DNA of 64,000 nucleotides from Spirochaetota bacterium (GCA_963664815.2 CAXXHB010000003.1:1088001-1152000), one strand, 5' to 3'. Shown: positions 18,311-29,333, counted from the first letter of the stretch. Program-made: numbers and translations. Notes: a model not told the origin generated them from the sequence alone.

Positions 18311-18516
18311 GTTTATATATAAAGAGAATAATATGATGGAAATAACAGATGCAAGTCAATAATTTCTGAAAATTTATTCGATGAAGTTCTTAATGAACAT
18401 GCCTGCTGAGATGTTATGTGAAATGTATCTGCAACAGAAAAAATAAACCTGAATTTTAAAAGAGAGGTGACTGACGTATGCTTTAACGTAAAAAAAGATT
18501 GACATACAGGCATATC

Positions 18517-18550
18517 TACTACATGGGTAGTATTATATTGATAATACTAC
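18517..18550. promoter_or_regulatory. BlaI/CopY-type operator
   Basis: TACTAC-ATGG-GTAGTA palindrome (18517-32) and a further TACTAC half-site, downstream of TTGACA (18499-504). Confidence 0.7.
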
Positions 18551-18566
18551 AGCCCCGGAGATTGAG

Positions 18567-18944
18567 ATGCCAAAACAGAGACAGGTTGCCGGTAAAAGAG
18601 AGATGATGATCCTCCATGCCGTATGGGAAAGGGGGGAGGCCACGGTGCGCGATGTGCACAGGGAAATTTCAAAAACCGATGACGTGGCCTACACGACAAT
18701 TATGACAATGATGCAGAAGATGGAAAAGAAGGGGTTGCTGGAGCATTATGAGGATAACAGGGCATTCGTGTACCGGGCAATAGCCAGAAGAGAGGAGGTT
18801 GAATCGGGGATGCTGCGCGAACTCCTGGATAAGGTCTTCAACGGGTCATACGAGGGGCTGGTTAATACGCTGGTGAGGGATAAAAGAATAACTCCTGCTG
18901 AACTGAAAAAGCTTGCCGATGAGATTGAAAGGAGGAGAAAATGA
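18567..18944 (+). CDS. BlaI/MecI/CopY family repressor
   Basis: REMMILHAVWERGEATVRDV...AYTTIMTMMQKMEKKG...VFNGS. Confidence 0.93.
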   Translation: MPKQRQVAGKREMMILHAVWERGEATVRDVHREISKTDDVAYTTIMTMMQKMEKKGLLEHYEDNRAFVYRAIARREEVESGMLRELLDKVFNGSYEGLVNTLVRDKRITPAELKKLADEIERRRK

Positions 18945-21313
18945 TTACCGGATACCTTCCTGTTGCTCATGGTATAATTTCTGCCTATTTAATCAGGTCC
19001 CTTATCCTTTCAGGTTTGTGGCTGCTCGCATGGTTCCCCGTGCTGTTGTTTATGAAAAGGTTTACTGCAGAGAGCAGGTTCACTGTCGTGCTGTTTCTGT
19101 TTCTTGCAATTCCTGTACTGCCATTAATAAAAGGGGACTATTTTATTAAAAACAGATCAGATATATACTCCGCTGTGAGAATGCACAACCCGCTTAATAT
19201 TGAAAAACTTATAACAGATGGAGCGGCGTACAGAAAAGACAATGCAGGGTCTCCGGTTTATCAGTCGTCTCTGCAGGGTGAAGTGCTGCAGCAGACAGAG
19301 TCCAGGGTAAAACACTTTCATGATATATCTTACACGGCGCCTGTTTTTATCATATGGCTGGCTGGATCACTTCTTTTCTTCGCCGGAATTTCTGCCGGAT
19401 TATTTAAGCTGAAAAAAATAGTTAGAGAGAGCTCCGTAACGAGTGATGAAAAATTTGTAAGCATTATAAGAACTGTGGCGGAAAAACTGGAAATCCGCAG
19501 ATACCCGGAGCTGCGCATAAGTGAAACTGTTTCAACTCCTTTATCGTTCGGTATACTCAAGCCTGTAATTATCATACCCTCATGTGTTATCAGGGATATG
19601 GATAAAACGGATATTGAGCAGGTGTTAGTACATGAATCATCGCATATCGAACGGCATGACTATATTGCAGTTATACTGCAGAGAGTTATGGAGGCCCTGT
19701 TTTTCTTTAACCCGGCGGTGTGGTATCTCAGCGGAAAACTCTCCGGGCTGCAGGAGGAGTGCTGCGATGACATTGTAATTGATCTGACCGGTGACCGTTT
19801 CAGGTACGCGGAGAATATACTCGCCATACTCCGCTTCGGCATAAATGGAAAATCCAGAATGGCCAATGGTATATCCGGTCGGGGGGGAATTTTCAGGAGA
19901 GTTATGAATATAATGGAAAATGATAAAACTGTTAAAATAAAAAGCCTTAAAAAGACAATAGTTTTAATAATATGCGGCACGGCTGCAGGGCTGCTGCTGG
20001 TAATGTGTGCTAATATATCTGCAAAGCCGGCGGCGGGTCCGGTTAATACTTCGAAGCTTCCTGAAAATGTGGAGGCAATAATAGAACAGATGCATGACTA
20101 TGAAAAGAAGAATTTAACTGAGCCATATATGGAGAATCAGAGACAGCGGCTCGGCTATATTGAGAGAGCAATAGCTGAGGCATCCGCAATCCGCGACAAT
20201 ACTCTTAAAAGAAAAACAGTTATGCAGATGAATATAATGAAAGCTGGTATTGTTGAGGATCCCGGTAAGTCCGCTGATATATACAGGGAAGAACTTAAAA
20301 ATGCAAAAGAACTTGGAGAAAGGGAAATTGAGGGTGAGTGTCTTCTGAGACTGGGAGAATACAATCTGAATTTCAGCAAAGGTAAAAAACCGGACAATGA
20401 AAAGATGATTGCGGACGCAGTAAATATATTAAAGGAGACAGGCAGGATGGATATCCTTACTGAGGCATATTTTTTCCGTATGGCTAAGTATCTTGAAGAG
20501 AAAAAATATAGTGATGCCGTTTCAGTTTCGGCAGAACTTGCCGGAGCAGTCAGATCGGGGAATATTGGAGGTGAGGATTCTGTGGCATCTGCAGTTGCGG
20601 CCTTTGCTGAAAGCATAAAGAGCTTTTCGCCGGCTGATAAAGTTTTGATGTACAGCACAACAGCTGAAATATTCAGTATCGGCAGTGACGGCAGAGTGCT
20701 CTATACCGGTCAGCCCGGTTTCGGCGGAAATATCGGCATGAGCGACAGGGAGATGGATCTCTTCGATTTCCCGGTATACTGGTCCCTTGGCAATAACGGA
20801 GGAATTGCTTTTGAATGGATTAAGGAAGGGGAGTCTGAAACAGTAAAGAGTTTTTCGTTCGGGAAGGAGTATCTTCAGAGTGTTATTAGATGTGAGCCGG
20901 GTAGCGGGCAGGTGAAGGTTCCGGCGGGCATCTTCAGCGGCTGCAGGCATATAAGTATAACAGTTACAGATACACCTCTCTCTGCCGGTGAGGGGAAGAA
21001 TGAAAAGAGAGCCGAGGAGATGAACGGTATTCTTAAAGGGAGATTTGATATATGGTATTCACGCGGAACAGGTATAGTAAAGATAAACAGGTCAAGAAGG
21101 GGGGTAAACTCATCACTTGTGCTGACTGAATATAAGATTAATGACGAAGGCGGATCATCACTGTTTCCTCTTGCAGAGGGAAACTATTGGAAGTACAGGG
21201 TGTCTGCGGGTAAAATAAATAGATACAGATCCGAGTATGTCTCCAGGGTTGAAAGGGTTGATGATGGAAAATATTACATGTCGCATTACGGGTATGCTGT
21301 CAGAAAGAGGTAA
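18941..21313 (+). CDS. BlaR1-like M56 metallopeptidase signal transducer with an atypical C-terminal sensor
   Basis: TM helices, TPLSFGILKPVIIIP, HESSH (HExxH), FFNPAVW, EECCD; overlaps the blaI stop (ATGA). Confidence 0.9.
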   Translation: MITGYLPVAHGIISAYLIRSLILSGLWLLAWFPVLLFMKRFTAESRFTVVLFLFLAIPVLPLIKGDYFIKNRSDIYSAVRMHNPLNIEKLITDGAAYRKDNAGSPVYQSSLQGEVLQQTESRVKHFHDISYTAPVFIIWLAGSLLFFAGISAGLFKLKKIVRESSVTSDEKFVSIIRTVAEKLEIRRYPELRISETVSTPLSFGILKPVIIIPSCVIRDMDKTDIEQVLVHESSHIERHDYIAVILQRVMEALFFFNPAVWYLSGKLSGLQEECCDDIVIDLTGDRFRYAENILAILRFGINGKSRMANGISGRGGIFRRVMNIMENDKTVKIKSLKKTIVLIICGTAAGLLLVMCANISAKPAAGPVNTSKLPENVEAIIEQMHDYEKKNLTEPYMENQRQRLGYIERAIAEASAIRDNTLKRKTVMQMNIMKAGIVEDPGKSADIYREELKNAKELGEREIEGECLLRLGEYNLNFSKGKKPDNEKMIADAVNILKETGRMDILTEAYFFRMAKYLEEKKYSDAVSVSAELAGAVRSGNIGGEDSVASAVAAFAESIKSFSPADKVLMYSTTAEIFSIGSDGRVLYTGQPGFGGNIGMSDREMDLFDFPVYWSLGNNGGIAFEWIKEGESETVKSFSFGKEYLQSVIRCEPGSGQVKVPAGIFSGCRHISITVTDTPLSAGEGKNEKRAEEMNGILKGRFDIWYSRGTGIVKINRSRRGVNSSLVLTEYKINDEGGSSLFPLAEGNYWKYRVSAGKINRYRSEYVSRVERVDDGKYYMSHYGYAVRKR

Positions 21314-21441
21314 CCGGTTTTTTTAACAGGTCGTGTCGATTGCCCGGATAGTTTTAAGGTATGGCTGCTGCAATACCGCGCGCGGTGAGACTGACCGCGC
21401 ACAGTTTATGCAGGTAGAGTGCGGATTTTTATTATATCGAT

Positions 21442-21957
21442 TTATAAAAGCAGCAGAATTGCTGATCCTATTAAGCCTGAGCCGGCAATGTAAATACCCC
21501 TGCGGAATAATTTATTTCCGGGGCTGTACATCCAGAACGAGGATAAGGCGAGGAATAACAGTAAAAGTCCATATACTAAAGAAAACCAGTGAGAAATATT
21601 CCTGGCAGATGACTTGTGCAGGCTGTTGAACTTTTCCAGCAGAAGCGGAAGTACTTCAGCTGAATAATTTGCGATACCAGTTGTCCTGTTATAAGTTCCA
21701 TTCCGGAAATAAACAATATCACCCTCAGTCTTTAAAACATTGAAATTTTTTATATGCAGTATAATGCCAAGTTTCTGCTCTTCAATGCCTGGAGACAGGT
21801 GCCTCTCAATATTTTTTTCAGTTTTCAAAAAGGCGGTTTCTTTATATATCAGCAAAATTCCGCTGATACAGTAAATAATGGTGAGGCCTATGACAAAAAA
21901 ACCAATGTCGCGATGCAGTGCCCTCATGTAATAGTTGACCGGTTTTTTTAATTCCAT
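21442..21957 (-). CDS. PepSY-associated TM helix protein
   Basis: RALHRDIGFF...ISGI and LHK...WFS...LALSSFWM motifs. Confidence 0.8.
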   Translation of the reverse strand: MELKKPVNYYMRALHRDIGFFVIGLTIIYCISGILLIYKETAFLKTEKNIERHLSPGIEEQKLGIILHIKNFNVLKTEGDIVYFRNGTYNRTTGIANYSAEVLPLLLEKFNSLHKSSARNISHWFSLVYGLLLLFLALSSFWMYSPGNKLFRRGIYIAGSGLIGSAILLLL

Positions 21958-22179
21958 GGTAAAGTCTCCCTCTTCAGATAATGTTTATTAAATAAACCCG
22001 TTATTTATCAGAATGGTTCCATTTAATTAATCCGCATTGTCTTAAAAAAATTAAAAATATATTCAGAAGTGCTGCACCTGTGTTTCTCAGCTGCAAAGCT
22101 GCGGCAGCAGACAGATGGAGGGCTTTTTATGAAGAATTTTTTTACTATTTTGTTGACAAAAAAAAGCGTTTTTCCAGAA

Positions 22180-22212
22180 TAGTTGCAAATACACCAATTG
22201 TGTTTGCAACTA
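22180..22212. promoter_or_regulatory. Candidate MarR operator
   Basis: TAGTTGCAAA...TTTGCAACTA inverted repeat downstream of TTGACA (22153-58), just before marR. Confidence 0.65.
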
Positions 22213-22229
22213 ATAAAACCGGGGGATTA

Positions 22230-22667
22230 ATGTTTGTTGATAAGATTAATAGTTTTCCGCAATTCATTAAAAAAATATTCTATGATCATGATATATCGGG
22301 ATTAGAACTGAATATTAATAATACGCAGACGCAGATATTGATGTCTGTAAGCGAAAACAGTGAAAAATCAATGTCTGAAATAAGCCTGATGACCGGACTT
22401 GAAAAAAGCTCATTTACGCGTTCTGTTGATTACCTTGTAAAAAACGGGTTTATTACGCGGAACCTGTCGGAAAATGACAGAAGGATTATACAGCTGACTC
22501 TTACAAATAAAGGGAGCAGGGCTGCAAAGCTTATTAAAAATGATTTTGAGGTCTATCTGGATTCTCTGATAAAAGATTTTTCCGAAGAGGAAAAAAATGA
22601 GTTTTTCGAATCATTAACGGTCGTATCAAAATATATGAACAGAATATTGGAAGGGAAAAAAAGATGA
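22230..22667 (+). CDS. MarR family regulator
   Basis: LEKSSFTRSVDYLVKNGFITR...DRRIIQLTLTNKG; GGGGGA RBS. Confidence 0.92.
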   Translation: MFVDKINSFPQFIKKIFYDHDISGLELNINNTQTQILMSVSENSEKSMSEISLMTGLEKSSFTRSVDYLVKNGFITRNLSENDRRIIQLTLTNKGSRAAKLIKNDFEVYLDSLIKDFSEEEKNEFFESLTVVSKYMNRILEGKKR

Positions 22668-23011
22668 ACGCTACAGAGCATAAATCTCTGAAAAACAAAC
22701 AGGAACTTCTGGAAAAGAAAAAACTGGAAAAAATTATCAGGGACTGGGCCGGTAAAAATAAAAAGCTATTCTGGAAATACGAGGTGTCATGCTTTTATAA
22801 AACTTATATGATAAGAGTATCCGGCCTCCCTCAGCCTTCAGCGGAAAATATTACAGTATCACCCTTTATCCGGCTCTTCGGCAGTCAGCAGAAAAAACAG
22901 CTGTGTGATGCAATAACAAAAGCCTCTGTAAAAGCGGAGATGTTAAGCGACTCAAGTATTGATGTTCAGATTGATTTTGTTGATGGAGCCGTATCTACCG
23001 GGATTATTTAA
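22664..23011 (+). CDS. Hypothetical protein
   Basis: 115-aa ORF coupled to marR by an ATGA overlap. Confidence 0.65.
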   Translation: MNATEHKSLKNKQELLEKKKLEKIIRDWAGKNKKLFWKYEVSCFYKTYMIRVSGLPQPSAENITVSPFIRLFGSQQKKQLCDAITKASVKAEMLSDSSIDVQIDFVDGAVSTGII

Positions 23012-23069
23012 CCATATAACAGAAACAAGAATAAAAGACAAAAACCTGTCTCTCGCCATTAAGTGACAC

Positions 23070-23894
23070 ATGGGGGTAGCCGTGAAAACAGGGCATGATA
23101 CTGATAACACACGCGATAAAAGTAAAAAGTATAAAAAATGCATTGACGGGTATTCCGATACAAAACAGGGAAAAAGATATGTCAATGAAGCACATGAATG
23201 GATGGATAGAAATATCCTGAAGGGACGTTATCCTGATCTGTACGGATTTTTGATACTTGCGGATCATAAAATTCCTGCAGAAGAGATATGGAGCCAGCTT
23301 CAGTTCTGGTCTGAGCAATACATCGATTTCGGTGAGAACCGTACCAGGATATGCCATAAGATAATTGATGAGGCGATTGAATATCAGATTGAGATTGATA
23401 CACGGGAGGGGTACCGTCCATATTATTGTCATAAGGGATGCTCAAACTGCTGCTACCAGCCGGTGGCATGTACTGATGAAGAGGCGCAGCTGATTTATAA
23501 ATACTGTGTGGAAAACAGAATTTATATTGATTTTGAAAAACTTGAAAGGCAGCAGAGATACTTGGAATTTGATTCATGCAGTAATTTTACAGGCATGACC
23601 ACATGGAACAACCAGGGGGAAGAAGACCAGTCCTGCGCCTTCCTTGATAGTGGTGACGCTACATGTAAAATCTGGGAAGTACGTCCCTTCGTGTGCAGGG
23701 TTCACCTGGCTGAAAAAACAGATAAATTCTGCCGATCATTCAACGGTGCACCCGACCCGGATGCGTGCGGGATTCATTACCCGGTATGCAGCTATATCCT
23801 CAGCTCCATATTTACAATTCACCACGATTCTGTAGGAAAGATGATGAACCGGCTTTTACTGAATCAGAAGATTGCCGATGCACGCCGCGTCTGA
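23070..23894 (+). CDS. YkgJ/CxxCxxCC cysteine-cluster protein
   Basis: CHKGCSNCC and CAFL...CKIWEVRPFVCR; true start uncertain. Confidence 0.85.
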   Translation: MGVAVKTGHDTDNTRDKSKKYKKCIDGYSDTKQGKRYVNEAHEWMDRNILKGRYPDLYGFLILADHKIPAEEIWSQLQFWSEQYIDFGENRTRICHKIIDEAIEYQIEIDTREGYRPYYCHKGCSNCCYQPVACTDEEAQLIYKYCVENRIYIDFEKLERQQRYLEFDSCSNFTGMTTWNNQGEEDQSCAFLDSGDATCKIWEVRPFVCRVHLAEKTDKFCRSFNGAPDPDACGIHYPVCSYILSSIFTIHHDSVGKMMNRLLLNQKIADARRV

Positions 23895-23962
23895 TACAAT
23901 CAGTGTTTTAATTAATAAAATTTATATAAGGAAATTTAAGAAAACTTCAGGAGATGACAGTA

Positions 23963-24112
23963 ATGCTGAAATCAACAGGAGAGTGCAAGTGCGGACTGGA
24001 GCGTAAGATCGAGTGTGATGATCCGGGCATTATGCAGAGACTTAAAAATATGCCATGTCATCACTGCAGCGGTATGATTAAATATAAACCGGAAAAACAG
24101 GATCATCCTTGA
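23963..24112 (+). CDS. Small Cys-rich, zinc-ribbon-like protein (49 aa)
   Basis: AGGAG RBS at 23949; MLKSTGECKCGLERKIECDDPGIMQRLKNMPCHHCSGMIKYKPEKQDHP*. Confidence 0.65.
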   Translation: MLKSTGECKCGLERKIECDDPGIMQRLKNMPCHHCSGMIKYKPEKQDHP

Positions 24113-24184
24113 CAAAATCTCTTTTATCTGCAAAGCTCTGAATATGATTTCAGTAATAATAGCTTTCGCAGGTGAGATTTAAAT

Positions 24185-24802
24185 ATGTCGATAAAGTCTG
24201 ATGCAGCAAAAGCAGAGATAATTGAAGCTGCAAGAAAAGTTCTCTCACAGATAGGCGTTAAAAATATGACTCTCCAGTCTGTTGCTGATGCCGCATCAAT
24301 AAGCAAGGGGGCCCTTTACCATTATTATAAGACAAAGGACAATATCCTTTATGATATTATGGAACAGGACAACGCTCATTCGCGCGAGATCAATAAAAGG
24401 CTGGATGAGAATCTTGATATAGATGAGGCTAAAAGAGAGATTACAAAGGGTATTCTGGAACGATTTGAATATCTGGATAAAAATAAACTAAACCTGTATA
24501 TACAGGGTGAGGCTCTGCAGGGGAACAAAGAACTTCAGAAAAGATATAATGAGAAATATCATGAGTGGATAAAAAACATGGATGAAACGTTGTCGCGGAT
24601 TTATAATGTTGATTCATCTGATATTACCAGGACAATTTCAACAATTGCTCTGGCTGCAATTGAAGGTATATGTATTCAGAAGGCTCTCATGGACAGAATT
24701 GAGGGAAGAGAGGAACTGATAGCTAAAATTATAATTTTCATTCTGAACCTTGATTATAATGTAATCTCTGATGCCCTGAAAGAGACGCCGGGACTGGAAT
24801 AG
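24185..24802 (+). CDS. TetR/AcrR family regulator
   Basis: IIEAARKV...TLQSVADAASISKGALYHYYKTK. Confidence 0.93.
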   Translation: MSIKSDAAKAEIIEAARKVLSQIGVKNMTLQSVADAASISKGALYHYYKTKDNILYDIMEQDNAHSREINKRLDENLDIDEAKREITKGILERFEYLDKNKLNLYIQGEALQGNKELQKRYNEKYHEWIKNMDETLSRIYNVDSSDITRTISTIALAAIEGICIQKALMDRIEGREELIAKIIIFILNLDYNVISDALKETPGLE

Positions 24803-25035
24803 TAATATTTAATAACCCATTTTAAAGATAAATGCCACTTTATTTTCAGCCTTCGACCTTTAAAAAAATAAAAATTATTATATAGTGCATACCTTGTATT
24901 TATACTCCGGAATACTCATTTTTAAGAAAAAACAAGCCACCCGGCCGGCTTTTTCCAGAAAAGGAGTGGATAAATTATTCTGCCGGGGTAATAAATGCTG
25001 ATAAATCATGAATTAAATATAAAACGGGGGGCATA

Positions 25036-26955
25036 ATGGACTATCTGGAAAAAAAGGATTACGGCTGGTTTATGGGGCAGTACACATTTCCCGAACTGCT
25101 GAACAGAAATGTTGTATGTTTTTCAACTAAGAAAGCCCAGACATGGAAAACCAAAGATGGCCGAATAGAATCAATCAACTACGCAGAACTTGGAAGAATT
25201 GTCAAAGAGATAACATGCGGTCTTATGGAACAGGGTTTCCAGCCGGGAGACAGGGCGGCTATTATGTGCAACACAAGGGCTGAATGGATGCAGTGCGATT
25301 ATGGAATTCTCTGCGCCGCTGGAATTACTGTATGCATATACCCCTCATTGAGTGAATCTGAAATGTCATTTATTCTTAAAGATTCAGGGACAAAAATTCT
25401 TTTCGTTGAAGATGATGCAATGCTTCAGAAAGCGGAAAAAATTGCGGCGGGTCTCCCTGCTCTTGAAAAAATAGTAGTGATCGACAGCGAAAAAAAGATA
25501 AACAGCGGCAAGGTGTTTACTCTTGATGTGCTCAGAAAAGCAGGTGAACAGCTCTCTGTAAGGGAGAGGTTTGCCTTCGACAACAGGTGGAGAAGTGTGA
25601 AGATAACAGACCGGATGACAATTGTTTATACATCCGGAACAACGGGAAATCCCAAGGGGGCAGTACACACACATATGAGCATCAACGCGGCGATTATGCG
25701 TGATCTTTCCTTTGCTCCGGAGATTAAAAAGGATTTTGTCAATCTTTCATTTCTTCCGTTGTCTCATACGTATGAAAGGGAGTGTGGTCATGGTGTTGCG
25801 ATGGCTACTGCCACTACTATTGCCTATTCAACACCCCAGACCATGGTAGATGATTTTATCGACTTCAAACCGAGTAACTTTAATTCGGTACCGCGCCTGT
25901 ATGAAAGGATATTCATGGCACTCAGGGCAAAAGCATCAAAATCTGCCGCCGGCAGGTTTATTTTTAACTCTGCAATAAAGACAGGGCTTGATGTCGTTAA
26001 AAATATAACCGACGAAAAGGGATTTGTTGATGTCTATCCCGGGATGGATATTACAAAGAATGTCGGTTTTTTCCTTAAAATGAAGTATAGTCTTTATGAC
26101 AGACTGATTTTCAGCAAGGTAAGGGAGATGCTGGGGGGAAATTTTGTTTATGCATGCTCCGCGGCAGGAAGTTTATCTCCCGACCTTTTCAAGCTCTTTC
26201 TTGCAATGGGTATACAGATATATGAAGGCTATGGTTCAACCGAGACCTGCAATACGATAAACATGAACAGGATGCACAGGGTACTCCCCGGATCGGTGGG
26301 GCCGCTCTGTCCCGGTGTTGAAGGGAGAATTGCCGAGGATGGCGAATGGCTTGTCAGGGGAAATAACATCTTTCTCGAATACTGGAATAATCCCGAAGCG
26401 ACGAAGGAGGCGTTTACTGAGGATGGCTTCTTTAAAACCGGCGATATAGTCGAGATGCTTGACGAGGGTTTTATCAGGATTGTGGACAGGAAAAAAGGTC
26501 TCATTGTACTCGATACAGGAAAAAACATTGCATCATCAAAGGTTGAACAGGCATTTTCCACAAGTTCATACATTGATCTGGCCTTTGCTGTGGGAGACAG
26601 CCAGAAATTTATAAGCGCGATTATTGTGCCGAATTTCGAGGAGTTTATGACGCTGTTTGAGAAAGAGGGTATCAGCTACGACAAGTCCGGAGTAGAGTAT
26701 TTCTCTCTTAACGGTGTGGAAACATGCGGAAAGGTAGGTGAGGATTTCATCGAAATTCCTATGCTTAAAGAACTTATAGAAAAAGAGGTAGCAAGAGTAA
26801 ACAGCGAGCTTGAATCTTATGAAAGAATCAAAAAGTATAAAATACTAAACAGGCGCTTTACAGAGCTTTCAGGTGAAATGACCCCGACCCTTAAAGTAAA
26901 GCGCAATATTGTTATTGCCAATTTAAAAGATGAGATTAAAAAGCTGTATGTTTAG
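25036..26955 (+). CDS. Long-chain fatty acid-CoA ligase (AMP-dependent)
   Basis: YTSGTTGNPKG, FLPLSH, EGYGSTE, FKTGD, TPTLKVKR. Confidence 0.93.
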   Translation: MDYLEKKDYGWFMGQYTFPELLNRNVVCFSTKKAQTWKTKDGRIESINYAELGRIVKEITCGLMEQGFQPGDRAAIMCNTRAEWMQCDYGILCAAGITVCIYPSLSESEMSFILKDSGTKILFVEDDAMLQKAEKIAAGLPALEKIVVIDSEKKINSGKVFTLDVLRKAGEQLSVRERFAFDNRWRSVKITDRMTIVYTSGTTGNPKGAVHTHMSINAAIMRDLSFAPEIKKDFVNLSFLPLSHTYERECGHGVAMATATTIAYSTPQTMVDDFIDFKPSNFNSVPRLYERIFMALRAKASKSAAGRFIFNSAIKTGLDVVKNITDEKGFVDVYPGMDITKNVGFFLKMKYSLYDRLIFSKVREMLGGNFVYACSAAGSLSPDLFKLFLAMGIQIYEGYGSTETCNTINMNRMHRVLPGSVGPLCPGVEGRIAEDGEWLVRGNNIFLEYWNNPEATKEAFTEDGFFKTGDIVEMLDEGFIRIVDRKKGLIVLDTGKNIASSKVEQAFSTSSYIDLAFAVGDSQKFISAIIVPNFEEFMTLFEKEGISYDKSGVEYFSLNGVETCGKVGEDFIEIPMLKELIEKEVARVNSELESYERIKKYKILNRRFTELSGEMTPTLKVKRNIVIANLKDEIKKLYV

Positions 26956-27010
26956 CAGGATTTCTGAGATATAAGAATTAAATCTGTGTCAGACATGGAA
27001 TTGTGAATTT

Positions 27011-27048
27011 CCTGATGCCAGGCCGTTTCGCCTGGCATCAGGCGCTTT
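27011..27048 (+). terminator. GC-rich hairpin downstream of the acyl-CoA ligase
   Basis: CCTGATGCCAGGC-6 nt-GCCTGGCATCAGG, a perfect 13-bp stem. Confidence 0.6.
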
Positions 27049-27234
27049 AATAATTTAAAATCGTCAGATGACAGAAATGGATGTTTTAGTATCGCCGGTC
27101 GCATGGATGCAAAGCAGGCAATTGTAGCGTATCTTAACAGTGCTTTTAAATTACAGCTAAAATTTAAAATGAAAAAATATTTTTTTTGACATGAAAACAT
27201 ATAAAATATAGATTTCATTAACACGGGAGGCTTT

Positions 27235-27465
27235 ATGATCAGCCTGGATATCAAAAAGAAACTGATAGATGATTTAAATAATCTGACCTTTGATTCTCAG
27301 AAAAAAGTGCAGGAATTCGCGCATGCCCTTCTGGTAACTCAAACCAGAGGACAATCAGGGAAGGAGATGCTTAAGTTTTCAGGAATACTTAAACATGATG
27401 ATGCTGGTGAGCTGAAAAAAATTATTGAAAGCGGATGTGAAAAGGTAGATATCAATGGGTGGTAG
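27235..27465 (+). CDS. Antitoxin (DUF2281-like) of a VapBC-type pair
   Basis: 76 aa, QKKVQEFAHAL...FSGIL; overlaps the PIN toxin start. Confidence 0.8.
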   Translation: MISLDIKKKLIDDLNNLTFDSQKKVQEFAHALLVTQTRGQSGKEMLKFSGILKHDDAGELKKIIESGCEKVDINGW

Positions 27466-27859
27466 ATATCTGCTTGACACCAATATTATTATTGATCTTT
27501 TCAATGGTGATGATGTTGTCACAAAAAAGCTTATTAATGCTGGTGAAGTCTTTGTTCCAAATGTCGTAATAGGTGAACTGTACTATGGATTTTACGGTTC
27601 AAAAAAGGCAAAAAGCAATTTAAAAAGACTCGAGGAATTTATTCTTTCGGCAACTGTGATTAATACCAGCATTGAGACAGCAAGAATTTACGGATATATA
27701 AAGAATGATTTAAAGAAAAAAGGCTCACCGATTCCAGAGAATGATATATGGATAGCGGCAATCGCAAAACAGTATTCATTAAAAGTATTAACAAGAGACC
27801 GACATTTTAAATCTATTGATGACATAGATGCAGATATACTGAGCAATAAAATACCATAA
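27455..27859 (+). CDS. vapC: VapC PIN-domain toxin
   Basis: YLLDTNII...GELYYG...PIPENDIWIAA...TRDRHF. Confidence 0.93.
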   Translation: MGGRYLLDTNIIIDLFNGDDVVTKKLINAGEVFVPNVVIGELYYGFYGSKKAKSNLKRLEEFILSATVINTSIETARIYGYIKNDLKKKGSPIPENDIWIAAIAKQYSLKVLTRDRHFKSIDDIDADILSNKIP

Positions 27860-28099
27860 AATTTAGTCCTTCCCGGCAAGTCGTTTTTATTCTGCTGTTT
27901 TTCACCGCTTTACCTGTTGTAATCAGGACAAACAGTTAAATCACCATCAGCAATTTAAATAATTCATATATTTTTGTTGCCATTTTAGCCCCCCCTGTTT
28001 TTATAATATCTTAGTTTTCCATAACCGGAATTGAGTTGAGTCAAAACCTGAATTTAACTTCAGATAACAAATCTTACCGATTTTTAGGAGTATTTTGCA

Positions 28100-29326
28100 A
28101 TGAAGAATGTATATGATGTTTTAACCGAAAGGGGATATGTTGAACAGGCCACCCATGAAGATGAAATCCGCGAGCTTTTAGGAAAAGAGCCTGTAACATT
28201 TTATATAGGTTTTGATCCGACCGCAGACAGTCTGCATGTAGGGCATTTTATCCAGGTAATGGTAATGATGCATATGCAGCAGGCGGGACACAGGCCAATT
28301 GCCCTGATAGGCGGGGGGACTGCAATGGTGGGTGATCCTTCGGGGCGCACAGACATGCGGCAGATGCTTACAATGGAACAGATAAGAAAAAACAGCGAGT
28401 CCTTCAAGAAACAGTTTTCCCGCTTCATCGATTTCGGCGAAGGGAAGGCCATAATGGTTAACAACGCCGACTGGCTGCTTAACCTGAACTACGTGGAGTT
28501 CCTGCGCGATATAGGACGCCATTTCTCTGTTAACCGCATGCTGGCCGCCGAGTGTTTTAAAAACCGTCTGGAAAAGGGGCTATCGTTCCTTGAATTCAAT
28601 TACATGCTTATGCAGTCCTATGACTTTCTTGAACTTTACCGCCGCTTCAACTGCAAGCTTCAGCTTGGCGGAAATGACCAGTGGTCCAATATAATATATG
28701 GAGTTGATCTTATCAGGCGGGCCGATAATGCTTCGTCCTACGGGCTTACCTTCAAGCTCCTGGTGAACAGCGAGGGGAACAAAATGGGTAAGACCCAGTC
28801 CGGTGCAGTGTGGCTTGACCCCGAAAAGACCACCCCTTACGATTTCTACCAGTACTGGAGAAACGTGGATGATCGTGACGTGAAAAACTGTTTGTCGCTT
28901 CTTACTTTTATGCCGATGGACGAGGTGAACCGCCTGGGCTCAATGCAGGGATCGGACATCAACCACGCAAAAGAAGTACTGGCATTTGAAGTGACAAAAC
29001 TGGTGCATGGTGAAGATGAGGCAGATAAGGCTCTCTCTGCAGCAAGGGCCCTTTTCGGCAATGCCGGTGATTCCGAATCCATTCCATCAACTGAGTTTGA
29101 CAGATCCGTATTCGACAAGGGTATAGATATCATCAGCCTTCTCTCCAGGACAGGTCTTATCGCAACAAACAGTGAGGGACGCCGTCTTATACAGCAGGGT
29201 GGAGTCTATATGAACGATGTACAGTTGACCGATTTCGCCATGGTGGTGACATCGGCGGATGTTAAAAACGGTAAAATACTTATCCGGAAGGGTAAAAAAG
29301 TATATCACCAGGCAGTTGTGAAGTAA
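28100..29326 (+). CDS. tyrS: Tyrosine-tRNA ligase
   Basis: [26 protein letters not shown] and a C-terminal S4 domain. Confidence 0.98.
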   Translation: MKNVYDVLTERGYVEQATHEDEIRELLGKEPVTFYIGFDPTADSLHVGHFIQVMVMMHMQQAGHRPIALIGGGTAMVGDPSGRTDMRQMLTMEQIRKNSESFKKQFSRFIDFGEGKAIMVNNADWLLNLNYVEFLRDIGRHFSVNRMLAAECFKNRLEKGLSFLEFNYMLMQSYDFLELYRRFNCKLQLGGNDQWSNIIYGVDLIRRADNASSYGLTFKLLVNSEGNKMGKTQSGAVWLDPEKTTPYDFYQYWRNVDDRDVKNCLSLLTFMPMDEVNRLGSMQGSDINHAKEVLAFEVTKLVHGEDEADKALSAARALFGNAGDSESIPSTEFDRSVFDKGIDIISLLSRTGLIATNSEGRRLIQQGGVYMNDVQLTDFAMVVTSADVKNGKILIRKGKKVYHQAVVK

Positions 29327-29333
29327 TTTAATG

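Noticed and set aside
27860-28099. T-box leader upstream of tyrS
   Set aside because: No T-box consensus (AAGGTGGNACCRCG-like) or terminator/antiterminator pair was seen.
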